A model generated the notes under the pieces. It saw nothing but the letters and a program-made list of their open reading frames with translations. It was not told the DNA's origin and made no database searches. From NCBI GenBank assembly GCA_965208125.1, contig OZ242320.1, positions 2,016,001 to 2,080,000 on the forward strand: DNA of 64,000 nucleotides, read 5' to 3'. Position 1 is the stretch's first letter. Every line of letters begins with the position of its first letter. Source of the DNA: Candidatus Latescibacterota bacterium (GTDB lineage: Bacteria; Latescibacterota; UBA2968). Position numbers and translations under genes: made by a program. Below, piece by piece: positions 40,121 through 50,132 of the stretch.

Positions 40121-42607
40121 TCACTCCGTCCGCAAGGCATCTACTGGATTTGTCCGTGCGGCTTTGAGGGCTTGATAGGTCATGGTTGCAAGTGCAAGTA
40201 AGAGCGCGAGAATACCGCCTATGAGAAAATACATAAGGTGAAGGTCGATGCGATAGGCGAAGTCCTGCAACCATCTGCTCCCAAACAGATAGGCTATTGG
40301 ACTGGCGATTATACAGGCGATGATTACGAGTTTGACAAATTCTCTGGATAACAAACCAAAAATACTGAATACCGATGCGCCCAGGACTTTTCGTATGCCA
40401 ATTTCTTTTGTTTTTTGTTCTGCTCGAAACGATATCAGGCCGAGTAGTCCCAGGCATGCTACGAAGATTGTCAGTCCGGAAAACACGGTTAGTGCATTCC
40501 CCGTGCGGATTTCATTTTCATAACGCACGCGTGTCAGGTCATCATTTAAGAAATGATAGGTGAACGGAATTTGAGGCAAAAACTCATGCCATGTTTTTTC
40601 TATAAAAGCGAGCGTTTCAGGTATGTTCTGTGTGCCCAGTTTGAGGTAGAGAGTTTTGCCCGCTCCCGTACGCGTTTTGAATGTGACGGGTCGAATGGTA
40701 TTGTGCAAGGTCTGAACGTGAAAATCTTTCATCACGCCTACCACATACCCCTCAGGTCCATTTTTTTCCTTAAAACGTCTGCCAATCGGTTCGTCCCATC
40801 CAAGCTGTTGTACGGCTGTTTCATTCAAAATATAAGGCTGGCCTTTTTTTACATATTCGTGCACTTTTTTTTCATATTCTTGCCACTCCGCAAGACTTGT
40901 TACTTTTTCTGGTGGTTTTGGTAGTTCTGGTACCAGACGGCCTGCTGCGAGTTCGATGTTGAAGAAGTCCAGATAATCTTTATCGATATCAAACACGCCC
41001 ATCTGCCAATCGGCATCGCTGCCTTCAGCTCGAAACGTGTCGGTTGTGATGTACCCGCCTTGAGGGAAACGCGTGGCTGTTGCTTTCAGAATATTCGGGT
41101 GTGCCGTGAACGCCTGTTTTACCGTGGGAATGCGCCGTCTCAGATCCTCGGGTCCACCGTGATGTAGTTGTCGAGAATAGATGAAAATCGGTATGCCGAC
41201 CACGAGTTCTTTATCAAATCCGAGGTCTTTGTTTCGGATATACGCCAGTTGCTCTTGTACGACAACAGTGCCTGTGATGAAAGCTATTGAAATTGCAAAT
41301 TGAAAGACCACGAGTGCTTTTCTCAGCCCAACGTGTTTCGATCCGGGTATCCAATCTCCTTTCATTACCTGCGTGGGCAAGAAGGATGAGAGTACAAATG
41401 CGGGATAACTTCCCGCGAGTACACCAACGCTCACGCCAAATCCGATCAATCCGATCAGCCACCACAGATTTTCAGTTCTGTGCAATATCAAATCTCGTTG
41501 AATAAAACTGTTAAACCACGGCAGGATCAGTTCGACTAAGGCGAGTGCTACGATCATTGCAGCGAGTGCTACCAGTACTGATTCGCCCAAAAATTGTCCG
41601 ATCAATTGCTGGCGAGATGCGCCTACCACTTTTCGCAATCCCACCTCACGTGCTCTGGTGGATGAACGCGCCGTTGAGAGATTCATAAAATTGACACAGG
41701 CGAGTACGAGAATAAAACCCGCCACGAGTCCAAAGGCATACACCTGCTTGATATCGCCATATCCCGTAAACTGACGCCCCAAATCCCAATGGCCATAAAG
41801 ATGCACGCGCGTGAGGGGTTGCAAGATGTACCGGGTCGTTTGGCGGACTTCATTTCCCATGTATCGCGTTATCAAATCGGGTAGTTTTTGCTGTAGTGCG
41901 CGGTGGTCGTAGCCTTCGGGCAACAGGAGATATGTGAAAAAGGGACGGTAAGCACCCGTGGGCTGCCATATAGACCACATGTCCGCCAACGCCCCCCTTG
42001 GCGTGGCGGTCAGGCAATCGAAATAAAAGGTCGAGTTGGGTGGAAAGTCGCGCACAATACCCGTCACAAAGTATGTTACAGTGCCGCTCAGTTCCTGGTG
42101 ATCTACTTGTAGTGTTTTTCCCATCGGATTCTGGTTCTGAAAGAATTTGCGGGCCATGGATTCTGTTAGCACTATTGAACCCGGCTGGGTCAACGCCGTG
42201 CCTGCATCACCGGTTACAAATGGGATTGTAAATACATTGAAAATTTCTCGATCTGCGACACATACGTCTTGCTGAAAAAAGCGGTCATCGGTTTTAACCC
42301 ATGAGGTGAGTCGCTGTGTGCGGATGGCTTCCTGTACTTCGGGAAAATCGCGCTTTAGTGCCGGTGCCAGTGCGCCAGATGCACGCGGACTGACCGATGT
42401 GGTGTTTTCCATTGAAACTGTGCGGAAGACGCGATAGATGTGGGTTGCATTAACATGATAGCGGTCGTAGCTAAATTCATATTGAATGTAGAGGGCGATT
42501 AAAATGACACACGTCATCCCGATTGCCAGACCCAGGATATTAATCGCTGTCAAGCCTCTGCTTTTTAGCAAGGTGCGAAGAGTAGCTATGAGATAACTGT
42601 GCAACAT
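40121..42607 (-). CDS. MacB-like double-FtsX ABC permease (close paralog of 44946-47426)
   Basis: 828 aa; CVNFMNLSTAR, KEIGIRKVLGA, NPVDALRTE. Confidence 0.95.
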   Translation of the reverse strand: MLHSYLIATLRTLLKSRGLTAINILGLAIGMTCVILIALYIQYEFSYDRYHVNATHIYRVFRTVSMENTTSVSPRASGALAPALKRDFPEVQEAIRTQRLTSWVKTDDRFFQQDVCVADREIFNVFTIPFVTGDAGTALTQPGSIVLTESMARKFFQNQNPMGKTLQVDHQELSGTVTYFVTGIVRDFPPNSTFYFDCLTATPRGALADMWSIWQPTGAYRPFFTYLLLPEGYDHRALQQKLPDLITRYMGNEVRQTTRYILQPLTRVHLYGHWDLGRQFTGYGDIKQVYAFGLVAGFILVLACVNFMNLSTARSSTRAREVGLRKVVGASRQQLIGQFLGESVLVALAAMIVALALVELILPWFNSFIQRDLILHRTENLWWLIGLIGFGVSVGVLAGSYPAFVLSSFLPTQVMKGDWIPGSKHVGLRKALVVFQFAISIAFITGTVVVQEQLAYIRNKDLGFDKELVVGIPIFIYSRQLHHGGPEDLRRRIPTVKQAFTAHPNILKATATRFPQGGYITTDTFRAEGSDADWQMGVFDIDKDYLDFFNIELAAGRLVPELPKPPEKVTSLAEWQEYEKKVHEYVKKGQPYILNETAVQQLGWDEPIGRRFKEKNGPEGYVVGVMKDFHVQTLHNTIRPVTFKTRTGAGKTLYLKLGTQNIPETLAFIEKTWHEFLPQIPFTYHFLNDDLTRVRYENEIRTGNALTVFSGLTIFVACLGLLGLISFRAEQKTKEIGIRKVLGASVFSIFGLLSREFVKLVIIACIIASPIAYLFGSRWLQDFAYRIDLHLMYFLIGGILALLLALATMTYQALKAARTNPVDALRTE

Positions 42608-42632
42608 ATTGATCTCCTGATGCCGTTTTCAA

Positions 42633-44942
42633 CTATTCCACAACGCGAAAATAGACATATTTCCTGTCCGTCTGATCTGTTCGCTTGTCCTTCGCCAATA
42701 CGGTTAATTGATAGATCCCTTCGGGCACCTGGTTCACATCGATCTGCAAATACGTGAAGTCATCTTCTCGATTGCCTTCGTAATTGGCTGTCACGGTTCG
42801 CGTCAGATCCCCATCTTTTGAGCGCTCGATCTCCAAGTCCTCAGCAGGGATGTGATGGACTTGTCCACCACTCGTATAAACCTTTGTCTCACCCAACATA
42901 TTGCCATCGGCAAATGCGCTACTACTCACCTCGCTATCCTCTGATTGATCTGTCTGTAACCCCTGAGCTTCTGCTGTTTGTTCACTCCGCAGATCCATTT
43001 CTGTCTTGCCCATTGTCGAAATCAGACTGTGAGATGCGAATAAGGTCGGAGACAGGGTATCTATCTCTGGCTTGCCAATGGTGTAGGAAATCTCATATTG
43101 CGTGCTGCCAAAAGCGTCGCGCTGGAGATCGTACAGTTCCAGATAGATAAACACCGATTCAGAGGGTGAAAATGTGCGGACGGGATTGGGGGTGATGAGC
43201 AAATCATCGCGGCTTTCTGGCAATGCTTTCTTCGCTTGAATATCGCTGCCGACGAGCAGATCACTCAGACGAAAGGTCTCCTGGTTATATACGAGGGGTT
43301 TCTCATCGCGTGCCACACCAATTAAACCGGATGTTTGATCCATAAATTCTATTGAAAAATGATAGCTGCTCTGGCGTAAAGGTACCGTGCGCGAGATCAA
43401 CAGGTGGTCGTTGCGATGTTGTGTTGCGGCGTTTTGTGCTGGCTCCGGCTTCGGAAAAGTAAGGGTTTTGAATTTGCGATAGTTATACATATCGCTCCAC
43501 TGCTCATCAAAGAAGAAGACGCCATCCCAAAAACTCACTTTGTCCGTTTCCGGGTTTTTTGTCAATTGGTCTTTGGGAATCATATAGCTGAGTTCGACGC
43601 GCATCCTGTTTTGTTCTTCAAAGGTGGCGATCTGATAGGGGAGGGTGTATTTTCGCTGTAAATACGGGTCAATAAAACGTTGAGATGTTTTTCGGAAGGT
43701 GTGATGCGAGGCTTCGACGAAGTTCCCCGCGTAATAACGGGCACCACCTTGTCCTACCTCATAACCACCACAGAAGCTCCAACGATCACTGCCATTCCCG
43801 CAGTATTCGATCTTAAATGTTTCGTAATACCAGGTCTCCCGCATCTCATAAAACGCGCGAAACCCTGATCCACCTTTTGGAAGATGAAAGGTTTTTCTAT
43901 GTCTATATCTTCCAAATTTGATATAGGTCTTCCCCATATCCGTCTGCCACCCTTCGACATCAGCCGAAAATCGCCTGAATCGCAAATTTGCATAAGCCAT
44001 GCGACCAAAGTGTGCCATCTTTCTTTCGTTAAAATCAGACAAATAGAGCGGGTCCTGGCGCTTCCAAAACATCTCGCGTTTCAAGAGCGCATCAATCGTC
44101 TGTGTCTTATCGCGGGATGCATGATCTGCTTTGGGTGCAAGCAGGTCGATAGATTCGAGTAACTCGCGTTCTTCAATACTCATCAAGTCAAGGGCGCGTT
44201 GATAGTATTCATGCGATTCGTCGAATTCGCCAAGCTGATAGGCGGCAAGCCCACAGAATAACAGCGCATTTTTGTCATCTGGATATTGCGTGCGCAGGGC
44301 TTGCATCAGGGCATGGAAGGCATCCCAATATTTGTCTTCAAAGTATAGTATGCCCAACAAATAATAGGGTTGCTGATTGGTACCGTCCAATTCGATGCTT
44401 TTTCGCAAGACCTGAATAGCTTCTTGTTTGGCTTCTTGAGTAAATTCCCTGAAATTCCGGGTTTGGGAATTATCTTTTATTCTGAGAAATTCATACACCC
44501 AGAACATACCCTGCCCATTGAGGACATCCGTATTTTCCGGATGCTTTTTGATCACGTTCTTGAATTGGTTCAATGCCCGTGACCGCAAGCCCTGTGCCCA
44601 CCAGATTTTTCCGCGTGTTAGCCGATACTCAGTATTGTCGGGATCAATCACGATTGCCTGCTGTATCCTCCGCATTGCTCGCTGTCGGCCATTTACGCTG
44701 TGGTCCAGCAGGTGCAGTTTGGCCAATTCGTTGTATGCAGGCGCATAATTTCTGTCTTTGGAAATAATCTCTTCGAGAACTTTGATGCTTTCTTTATGGC
44801 TCACCTGACCGACTTGCTCTACTGCCGCCAGAAACAGCGTGTCTATTGTGGTTTCCCCTCTGGACAAGCCAGGACCAAAGATGCCAATCAGGAGTATAAA
44901 ACCTGTATAAGCCACTGATCCCGCTTTCATATCTCTCTCCAT
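42633..44942 (-). CDS. secreted TPR + GWxTD domain protein
   Basis: Signal/TM segment and TPR-like helices; FWKRQDP...NER...RMAYANLRF...GWQTDMGKTYIKFG; C-terminal LSDLL...PNP and GIYQLTV beta domain. Confidence 0.88.
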   Translation of the reverse strand: MERDMKAGSVAYTGFILLIGIFGPGLSRGETTIDTLFLAAVEQVGQVSHKESIKVLEEIISKDRNYAPAYNELAKLHLLDHSVNGRQRAMRRIQQAIVIDPDNTEYRLTRGKIWWAQGLRSRALNQFKNVIKKHPENTDVLNGQGMFWVYEFLRIKDNSQTRNFREFTQEAKQEAIQVLRKSIELDGTNQQPYYLLGILYFEDKYWDAFHALMQALRTQYPDDKNALLFCGLAAYQLGEFDESHEYYQRALDLMSIEERELLESIDLLAPKADHASRDKTQTIDALLKREMFWKRQDPLYLSDFNERKMAHFGRMAYANLRFRRFSADVEGWQTDMGKTYIKFGRYRHRKTFHLPKGGSGFRAFYEMRETWYYETFKIEYCGNGSDRWSFCGGYEVGQGGARYYAGNFVEASHHTFRKTSQRFIDPYLQRKYTLPYQIATFEEQNRMRVELSYMIPKDQLTKNPETDKVSFWDGVFFFDEQWSDMYNYRKFKTLTFPKPEPAQNAATQHRNDHLLISRTVPLRQSSYHFSIEFMDQTSGLIGVARDEKPLVYNQETFRLSDLLVGSDIQAKKALPESRDDLLITPNPVRTFSPSESVFIYLELYDLQRDAFGSTQYEISYTIGKPEIDTLSPTLFASHSLISTMGKTEMDLRSEQTAEAQGLQTDQSEDSEVSSSAFADGNMLGETKVYTSGGQVHHIPAEDLEIERSKDGDLTRTVTANYEGNREDDFTYLQIDVNQVPEGIYQLTVLAKDKRTDQTDRKYVYFRVVE

Positions 44943-44945
44943 TTT

Positions 44946-47426
44946 TCACTCCGTCCGCAAAGCATCCACTGGATTTGTCCGTGCGGCTTTGAAGGCTTGA
45001 TAGGTCATGGTTGCGAGTGCGAGTAAGAGCGCGAGCATACCGCCTATGAGGAAATACATAAGATGCAGGTCGATGCGATAGGCGAAGTCCTGCAACCATC
45101 TGCCCGCAAACAGATAGGCTATTGGGCTGGCGATTATACAGGCGACGATTACGAGTTTGACAAATTCTCTGGATAACAAACCAAAAATACTGAATACCGA
45201 TGCGCCCAGGACTTTTCGTATGCCAATTTCTTTTGTTTTCTGTTCTGCTCGAAACGATATCAGGCCGAGTAGTCCCAGGCATGCTACGAAGATTGCCAGT
45301 CCGGAAAACACGGTTAGTGCATTTCCCGTGCGAATTTCATTTTGATAACGCACATGTGTCAGGTCATCATTCAAAAACCAGAAAGTGAAGGGGATTTGCG
45401 GTAAAAATTCATACCATGTTTTTTCTATAAATGCGAGGGTTGCGGGTATGTTCTGTGTGCCCAATTTGAGATAGAGAAATTTGGCGCCTCCCGTAAAAAC
45501 CCTGAATACAACGGGTCGGATGGTATTGTGCAATGTCTGAACGTGAAAATCTTTTACCACGCCTATCACATATCCCTCTGGCTCTTTTTTTTCTTTAAAA
45601 CGCTTGCCTATTGGATCATCCCATCCGAGATGCTGTGCGGCTGTTTCATTTAAGATAAATGGCCGGCCTTTTTCTCGATATGCTTGCACTATTTTTTTGT
45701 ATTCTTGCAACTCTTCAAGACTTTCTATTTTTTCTGGTAACTTTGGTGGTTCTGGTGCCAGACGGCCTGCTACGAGTTCGATGTTGAAGAAGTCCAGAAA
45801 ATCGCGGTCGATATCAAACAAGCCCATCTGCCAATCGGCATCACTGCCTTCAGCTCTAAACGTATCTGTCGTATGAGATCCGCCTTGGTGAAAACGGGTG
45901 GCTGTTGCTTTTAAAATATTCGAGTGTGCCGTGAACACCTCTTTTACCGTGGGAATGCGCCATCTCAGATCGTCTCGATTCCCTTGATGTAGTTGCCGGG
46001 AATAGATGAAAAGCGGTATGCCGACGACGAGTTCTTTGTCGAATCCGAGGTCTTTGTTTCGGATATACGCCAGTTGCTCTTGTACTACAACAGTGCCTGT
46101 GATAAAAGCAATTGAAATTGCAAATTGGAAGACGACCAGTGCTTTTCTCAGCCCAATGTGTTTCGATCCGGGTATCCAATCTCCTTTCATTACCTGCGTG
46201 GGCAAGAAGGATGAGAGTACAAATGCGGGATAACTTCCCGCGAGTACACCTACGGCAAGTCCAAACCCGATTAACCCGATCAGCCACCACAGATTTTCAG
46301 TGCTGTACAATACCAGATCTCGCTGGATAAAGCTGTTAAACCACGGCAGGACCAGTTCAAATAGCGCGACAGCCACCACCATTGCAGCCAGTGACACGAG
46401 TACGGATTCGCCCAAAAATTGTCCGATCAATTGCCGGCGAGATGCGCCTACCACCTTTCGCAATCCCACCTCACGCGCTCTGGTGGATGAACGCGCTGTT
46501 GAGAGGTTCATAAAATTGACACAGGCTAATAAGAGAATAAAGCCCGCCACCAGCCCAAAAGCATATACCTGCTTGATATCGCCATATTCGGCAGTCGTAA
46601 GTCCCAAATCCGCAGTGCTATAAAGGTGCCTGCGGATGAGGGGTTGCAAGATGTACCGGGTCGTTTGGCGCACCTCATCACCCATGTATCGCGCTATCAA
46701 ATCGGGTAGTTTTTGCTGTAGTGCGCGGTGGTCGTATCCTTCGGGCAACAGGAGATATGTGAAAAAGGGACGAAAAACACCCGTGGGCTGCCAGATAGAC
46801 CACATGTCTGCCGTGTTGCCCTTTGGCGTGGCGGTCAGGCAATCAAAATAAAAGGTCGAATTGGGTGGAAAGTCGCGCACAATACCCGTTACAAAGTAGG
46901 TGCCGCTCAGTTCCTGGTGATCTACTTGCAGGGCTTTTCCTATTGGATTCTGGTTCTGAAAGAATTTGCGCGCCATGGATTCTGTCAGCACCATTGAGCC
47001 AGACTGCGTCAATGCCGTGTTCGGATCGCCGCTTATAAATGGAATGGTGAACACATTGAAAATCTCTGGGTCTGCCACACACATGTCTTGCTGAAAAAAG
47101 CGGGTTTGGGTTTGCACCCAAGCGTCGAGCCGTTGTACGCGGATGGCTTCCTGCACTTCGGGGAAATCGCGCTTTAGTGCTGGTGCCAGTGCGCCAGATG
47201 CACGCGGATTGACCGATGTGGTATTTTCCATTGACATGACGCGAAAAACGCCGTAGATGCGGTTCGCATGGGCATGGTGTCGGTCATAGCTCAGTTCGTA
47301 CTGAATGTAGAGGATGATCAAAATTACAGACGCCATTCCAATTGCCAGGCCCAGGATATTAATCGCTGTCAAGCCTCTGTTTTTCAGCAAGGTGCGAACG
47401 GTAGTTATGAGATAGCTGCGAAACAT
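44946..47426 (-). CDS. MacB-like double-FtsX ABC permease
   Basis: 826 aa with the same motifs and a NPVDALRTE end. Confidence 0.95.
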   Translation of the reverse strand: MFRSYLITTVRTLLKNRGLTAINILGLAIGMASVILIILYIQYELSYDRHHAHANRIYGVFRVMSMENTTSVNPRASGALAPALKRDFPEVQEAIRVQRLDAWVQTQTRFFQQDMCVADPEIFNVFTIPFISGDPNTALTQSGSMVLTESMARKFFQNQNPIGKALQVDHQELSGTYFVTGIVRDFPPNSTFYFDCLTATPKGNTADMWSIWQPTGVFRPFFTYLLLPEGYDHRALQQKLPDLIARYMGDEVRQTTRYILQPLIRRHLYSTADLGLTTAEYGDIKQVYAFGLVAGFILLLACVNFMNLSTARSSTRAREVGLRKVVGASRRQLIGQFLGESVLVSLAAMVVAVALFELVLPWFNSFIQRDLVLYSTENLWWLIGLIGFGLAVGVLAGSYPAFVLSSFLPTQVMKGDWIPGSKHIGLRKALVVFQFAISIAFITGTVVVQEQLAYIRNKDLGFDKELVVGIPLFIYSRQLHQGNRDDLRWRIPTVKEVFTAHSNILKATATRFHQGGSHTTDTFRAEGSDADWQMGLFDIDRDFLDFFNIELVAGRLAPEPPKLPEKIESLEELQEYKKIVQAYREKGRPFILNETAAQHLGWDDPIGKRFKEKKEPEGYVIGVVKDFHVQTLHNTIRPVVFRVFTGGAKFLYLKLGTQNIPATLAFIEKTWYEFLPQIPFTFWFLNDDLTHVRYQNEIRTGNALTVFSGLAIFVACLGLLGLISFRAEQKTKEIGIRKVLGASVFSIFGLLSREFVKLVIVACIIASPIAYLFAGRWLQDFAYRIDLHLMYFLIGGMLALLLALATMTYQAFKAARTNPVDALRTE

Positions 47427-47448
47427 ATCGACCCCCTGTCGTTATTTC

Positions 47449-47754
47449 CTATTCATCTCTCAAAGCATCCGCCGGGTTTGCGCGGGCTACTTTGAGGGTC
47501 TGGGCGGTGATGGTTGTGAGTACGACGAGGAACATGGCTATGCTGCCGAGTAAGAATATACCAATACCCAATTCGGTGCGGTAGGCGAAGGTTTGTAACC
47601 ATTGATTGGTCGCGTAATAGGCGATGGGGAATGCGATGGCGATGGCGAGGCCAATGATGTTGATGGCCGAGTAGATGCGGTGCCTGGCGAGGTTGCGGAT
47701 TGCTGTTTTCAGGTAGCTATAAAATAAAGACATTCCAGCATGTGCTCTGAACAT
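47449..47754 (-). pseudogene. mini-permease: in-frame internal deletion derivative of the 58499-60862 type (101 aa)
   Basis: N-terminal ...AINIIGLAI is fused directly to C-terminal IAFPIAYYATNQW...NPADALRDE; RBS and frame are intact. Confidence 0.85.
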
Positions 47755-47821
47755 TTTAGTTTCTCCTGTGCAGGGATAGGACTTGCACCATACAGGTAAC
47801 GTGAATCTATAAAAAATAGCA

Positions 47822-47938
47822 AGCAATTCCCGTGCCAAAATATTCTTCTCTATGTTTTACAAGTAGTTATGAAATTTGTGCCATGAGTGCCGTTCAATAA
47901 GTGTCCGTTTTTGATACAGTAGTGTCCGAAAATGAACA
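47822..47938 (-). promoter_or_regulatory. sigma54 promoter plus enhancer cassette, copy 2
   Basis: Minus-strand TGGCACGGGAATTGCT (47822-47837); TGTCCGTTTTTGATACAGTAGTGTCCGAAAATGAACA at 47902-47938. Confidence 0.87.
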
Positions 47939-47948
47939 CTTAAGATAT

Positions 47949-47977
47949 TTGACAATGTATATCCAGTTGGCTATAAT
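47949..47977 (+). promoter_or_regulatory. consensus sigma70 promoter of the higBA-like operon, probably leaderless
   Basis: TTGACA-17 nt-TATAAT, with the ATG 6 nt after the -10 box and no RBS. Confidence 0.85.
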
Positions 47978-47982
47978 CTTTT

Positions 47983-48357
47983 ATGAATTACAACAGATTA
48001 AACCTAAAAGAAACCATATGGATCGGGGATTCTAAGACCAAGTTGAAGGAATTTCCGGAGTCCGTTCAAAAGGATATAGGTGACGCTCTATTTATTGCAC
48101 AAGCGGGAAGCATGTCTCCGGCAGCGAAACCATTCAAGGGTGTAGGTTCAGGAGTTTTTGAGATACGGGCGGATTATAGAACGGATACTTACCGCGCCGT
48201 GTATGCGGTAAAGATTGGAGAGAGGGTTTATATACTGCATTGTTTTCAAAAAAAATCAAGGCGTGGAATTAAAACTTCCAAGAGGGATGTAGTCCTTATC
48301 AAGAGACGTTTGAGATTGGCACTGGAATTGGAGGCGATTTATGAGCAAGAAAATTAA
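47983..48357 (+). CDS. higB: RelE/HigB-like toxin (Gp49/DUF891 type)
   Basis: WIGDSK..L..FP, KPFKG.GSGVFEIR...YRAVY...YILHCFQKKS; toxin-first order. Confidence 0.85.
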   Translation: MNYNRLNLKETIWIGDSKTKLKEFPESVQKDIGDALFIAQAGSMSPAAKPFKGVGSGVFEIRADYRTDTYRAVYAVKIGERVYILHCFQKKSRRGIKTSKRDVVLIKRRLRLALELEAIYEQEN

Positions 48358-48664
48358 ATTTGAAAAGAGTTCGGGCAATGTGTTCAGGGATCTGGACTTG
48401 CCAGATGCGGAGGAATTATTTGTCAAGGCAACTCTTGGATTTGAAGTGTTTCAGATTATAGAAGAGCGGAAGCTGACGCAGACGGAGGCAGCGGACATTT
48501 TAGGTGTGAAACAACCTGAAATATCCCGGTTAAAGAATGGGAATTTTAATCATTACAGCGTTGCGCGATTAATGACATTTCTCAATCGGCTAAATCGCGA
48601 TATTGAGATCCGCATTATTCCCTCAAAAGATAGACAGGGACAACAGCGAGTCGTTGCTGTTTAG
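48341..48664 (+). CDS. higA: XRE/HigA-like HTH antitoxin
   Basis: SSGNVFRDL, LTQTEAADILGVKQPEISRL; overlaps the toxin stop. Confidence 0.87.
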   Translation: MSKKIKFEKSSGNVFRDLDLPDAEELFVKATLGFEVFQIIEERKLTQTEAADILGVKQPEISRLKNGNFNHYSVARLMTFLNRLNRDIEIRIIPSKDRQGQQRVVAV

Positions 48665-48669
48665 TTCTT

Positions 48670-49383
48670 TCACTTCAGACCCGAGCGATTGATGTGCTCA
48701 AGTAATTCAGGCAGTTCCTCAATTTCAGTAATTGATAACCCCTGCCAGCCAATTATGTCTGGTCTTGCGTCGTCATATACATCTTCTAAATCGACTTGCT
48801 TTAGCACGGGTAAGAAACCTATTTCTTTCGCACCGGTCATTTCCTGGTTGCTACCATCGCCCACATAAACACAGACATTTGACGGAAGTCCCAACTGTTC
48901 ATGCGCCCGTTTATAGATTTTAATAGCGGGCTTTTGTATTTTTTCCGTGCAAGAAAAGAGCGGTAAATCGATATGCTCTGATAAAGGGGAAGTGTGCCAG
49001 AGTAGAGGGACATCTGGACCGCAGTTTGTTATGAGTCCAATTTTATAGCCATCATTTTTCAGGTTTTGAAGCGTAAGCAGGACTTCATCTTTTGGTTTGA
49101 GTGTTCTCATTGTGAAGTCGTATCGATATTGCGCGGCAGTGTTAATTTTGCAATCACCGGGAGATAGACCAATTTGAGCGCAACATAAAGCGATAGTCTC
49201 TTCTATTGATCTAAATTTCCCAATGCATCGGTCAGAATAAGAAGAGCCGAATGCTTGTCTAAACGCTTCATACGGCATCGACAACGTTTCGGCCATCAAT
49301 GCATGTATTTTGTCGTGCTCTTTTTTGCTAAAATTATCAACCAGAGTCCCAAACAAGTCGAAAATTACTGCTTTAAATTTCAT
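48670..49383 (-). CDS. HAD-superfamily hydrolase
   Basis: AVIFDLFGTL, ITN, KP, YVGDG. Confidence 0.88.
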   Translation of the reverse strand: MKFKAVIFDLFGTLVDNFSKKEHDKIHALMAETLSMPYEAFRQAFGSSYSDRCIGKFRSIEETIALCCAQIGLSPGDCKINTAAQYRYDFTMRTLKPKDEVLLTLQNLKNDGYKIGLITNCGPDVPLLWHTSPLSEHIDLPLFSCTEKIQKPAIKIYKRAHEQLGLPSNVCVYVGDGSNQEMTGAKEIGFLPVLKQVDLEDVYDDARPDIIGWQGLSITEIEELPELLEHINRSGLK

Positions 49384-49418
49384 CAGTGCCCCTTTGGTCG
49401 TGCGCTGGATCATGCGGA

Positions 49419-50132
49419 TTAAAGACTCATGCGTTCTCGGAATTTTTGTGCCTGACGTCGGGAAATTTCAATTTCGTAGCCCCCTTTCAATAACACTTTT
49501 AGACTGCCTTGAAAATAGGGCTCAATTTTTTCGATATACTGCAAATTGATAATTTGTTGGCGATTGACACGAAAAAATATGCGTTTGTCCAGACGCTCTT
49601 CAAGGTGGTTGAGGGTGCGCGGAATAAGGGGTTTGAATTTTTGAAAATAGACCCGCGTGTAATTGCCAGAGACTTCGAACAATTGAATGTCTGAGAGTGT
49701 GATAAACCAGCACTGATCACCGTCTTTCACAAAGACGCGACTCGAATCTGTCAATGCCGGTGCAACAGCTTCATCGGGAGAAAGGGTTTGGGCTTGTAGT
49801 TTTTCAATCGCGCTTGCAAGGCGTTCAGGTTGAATGGGTTTTAGCAAGTAGTCGAGGGCATTTACTTCAAATGCCCGAATGGCATATTCGTCATAAGCGG
49901 TTGTAAAGATTACCTGTGGTACCTGGTCAAGGGTTTCAAGCAATTCAAAACCGTCTTGTCCGGGCATCTGAATATCGAGGAAGATCACATCGACAGATAG
50001 TCTTTTGAGTTGTTGCCGTGCCGTATCTGCATTTGCGGCTTCACCTGCTACGGTGATGGCCTCAAAGGCTTTGAGTAAGTGTTTTAATTCCTGACGGGCA
50101 AGTCGGGAATCATCGACGATCAATGCATTCAT
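49419..50132 (-). CDS. LytTR-family response regulator
   Basis: IVDD, FLDIQMP, DYLLKP receiver motifs and a FFRVNRQQIINL LytTR domain. Confidence 0.95.
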   Translation of the reverse strand: MNALIVDDSRLARQELKHLLKAFEAITVAGEAANADTARQQLKRLSVDVIFLDIQMPGQDGFELLETLDQVPQVIFTTAYDEYAIRAFEVNALDYLLKPIQPERLASAIEKLQAQTLSPDEAVAPALTDSSRVFVKDGDQCWFITLSDIQLFEVSGNYTRVYFQKFKPLIPRTLNHLEERLDKRIFFRVNRQQIINLQYIEKIEPYFQGSLKVLLKGGYEIEISRRQAQKFRERMSL

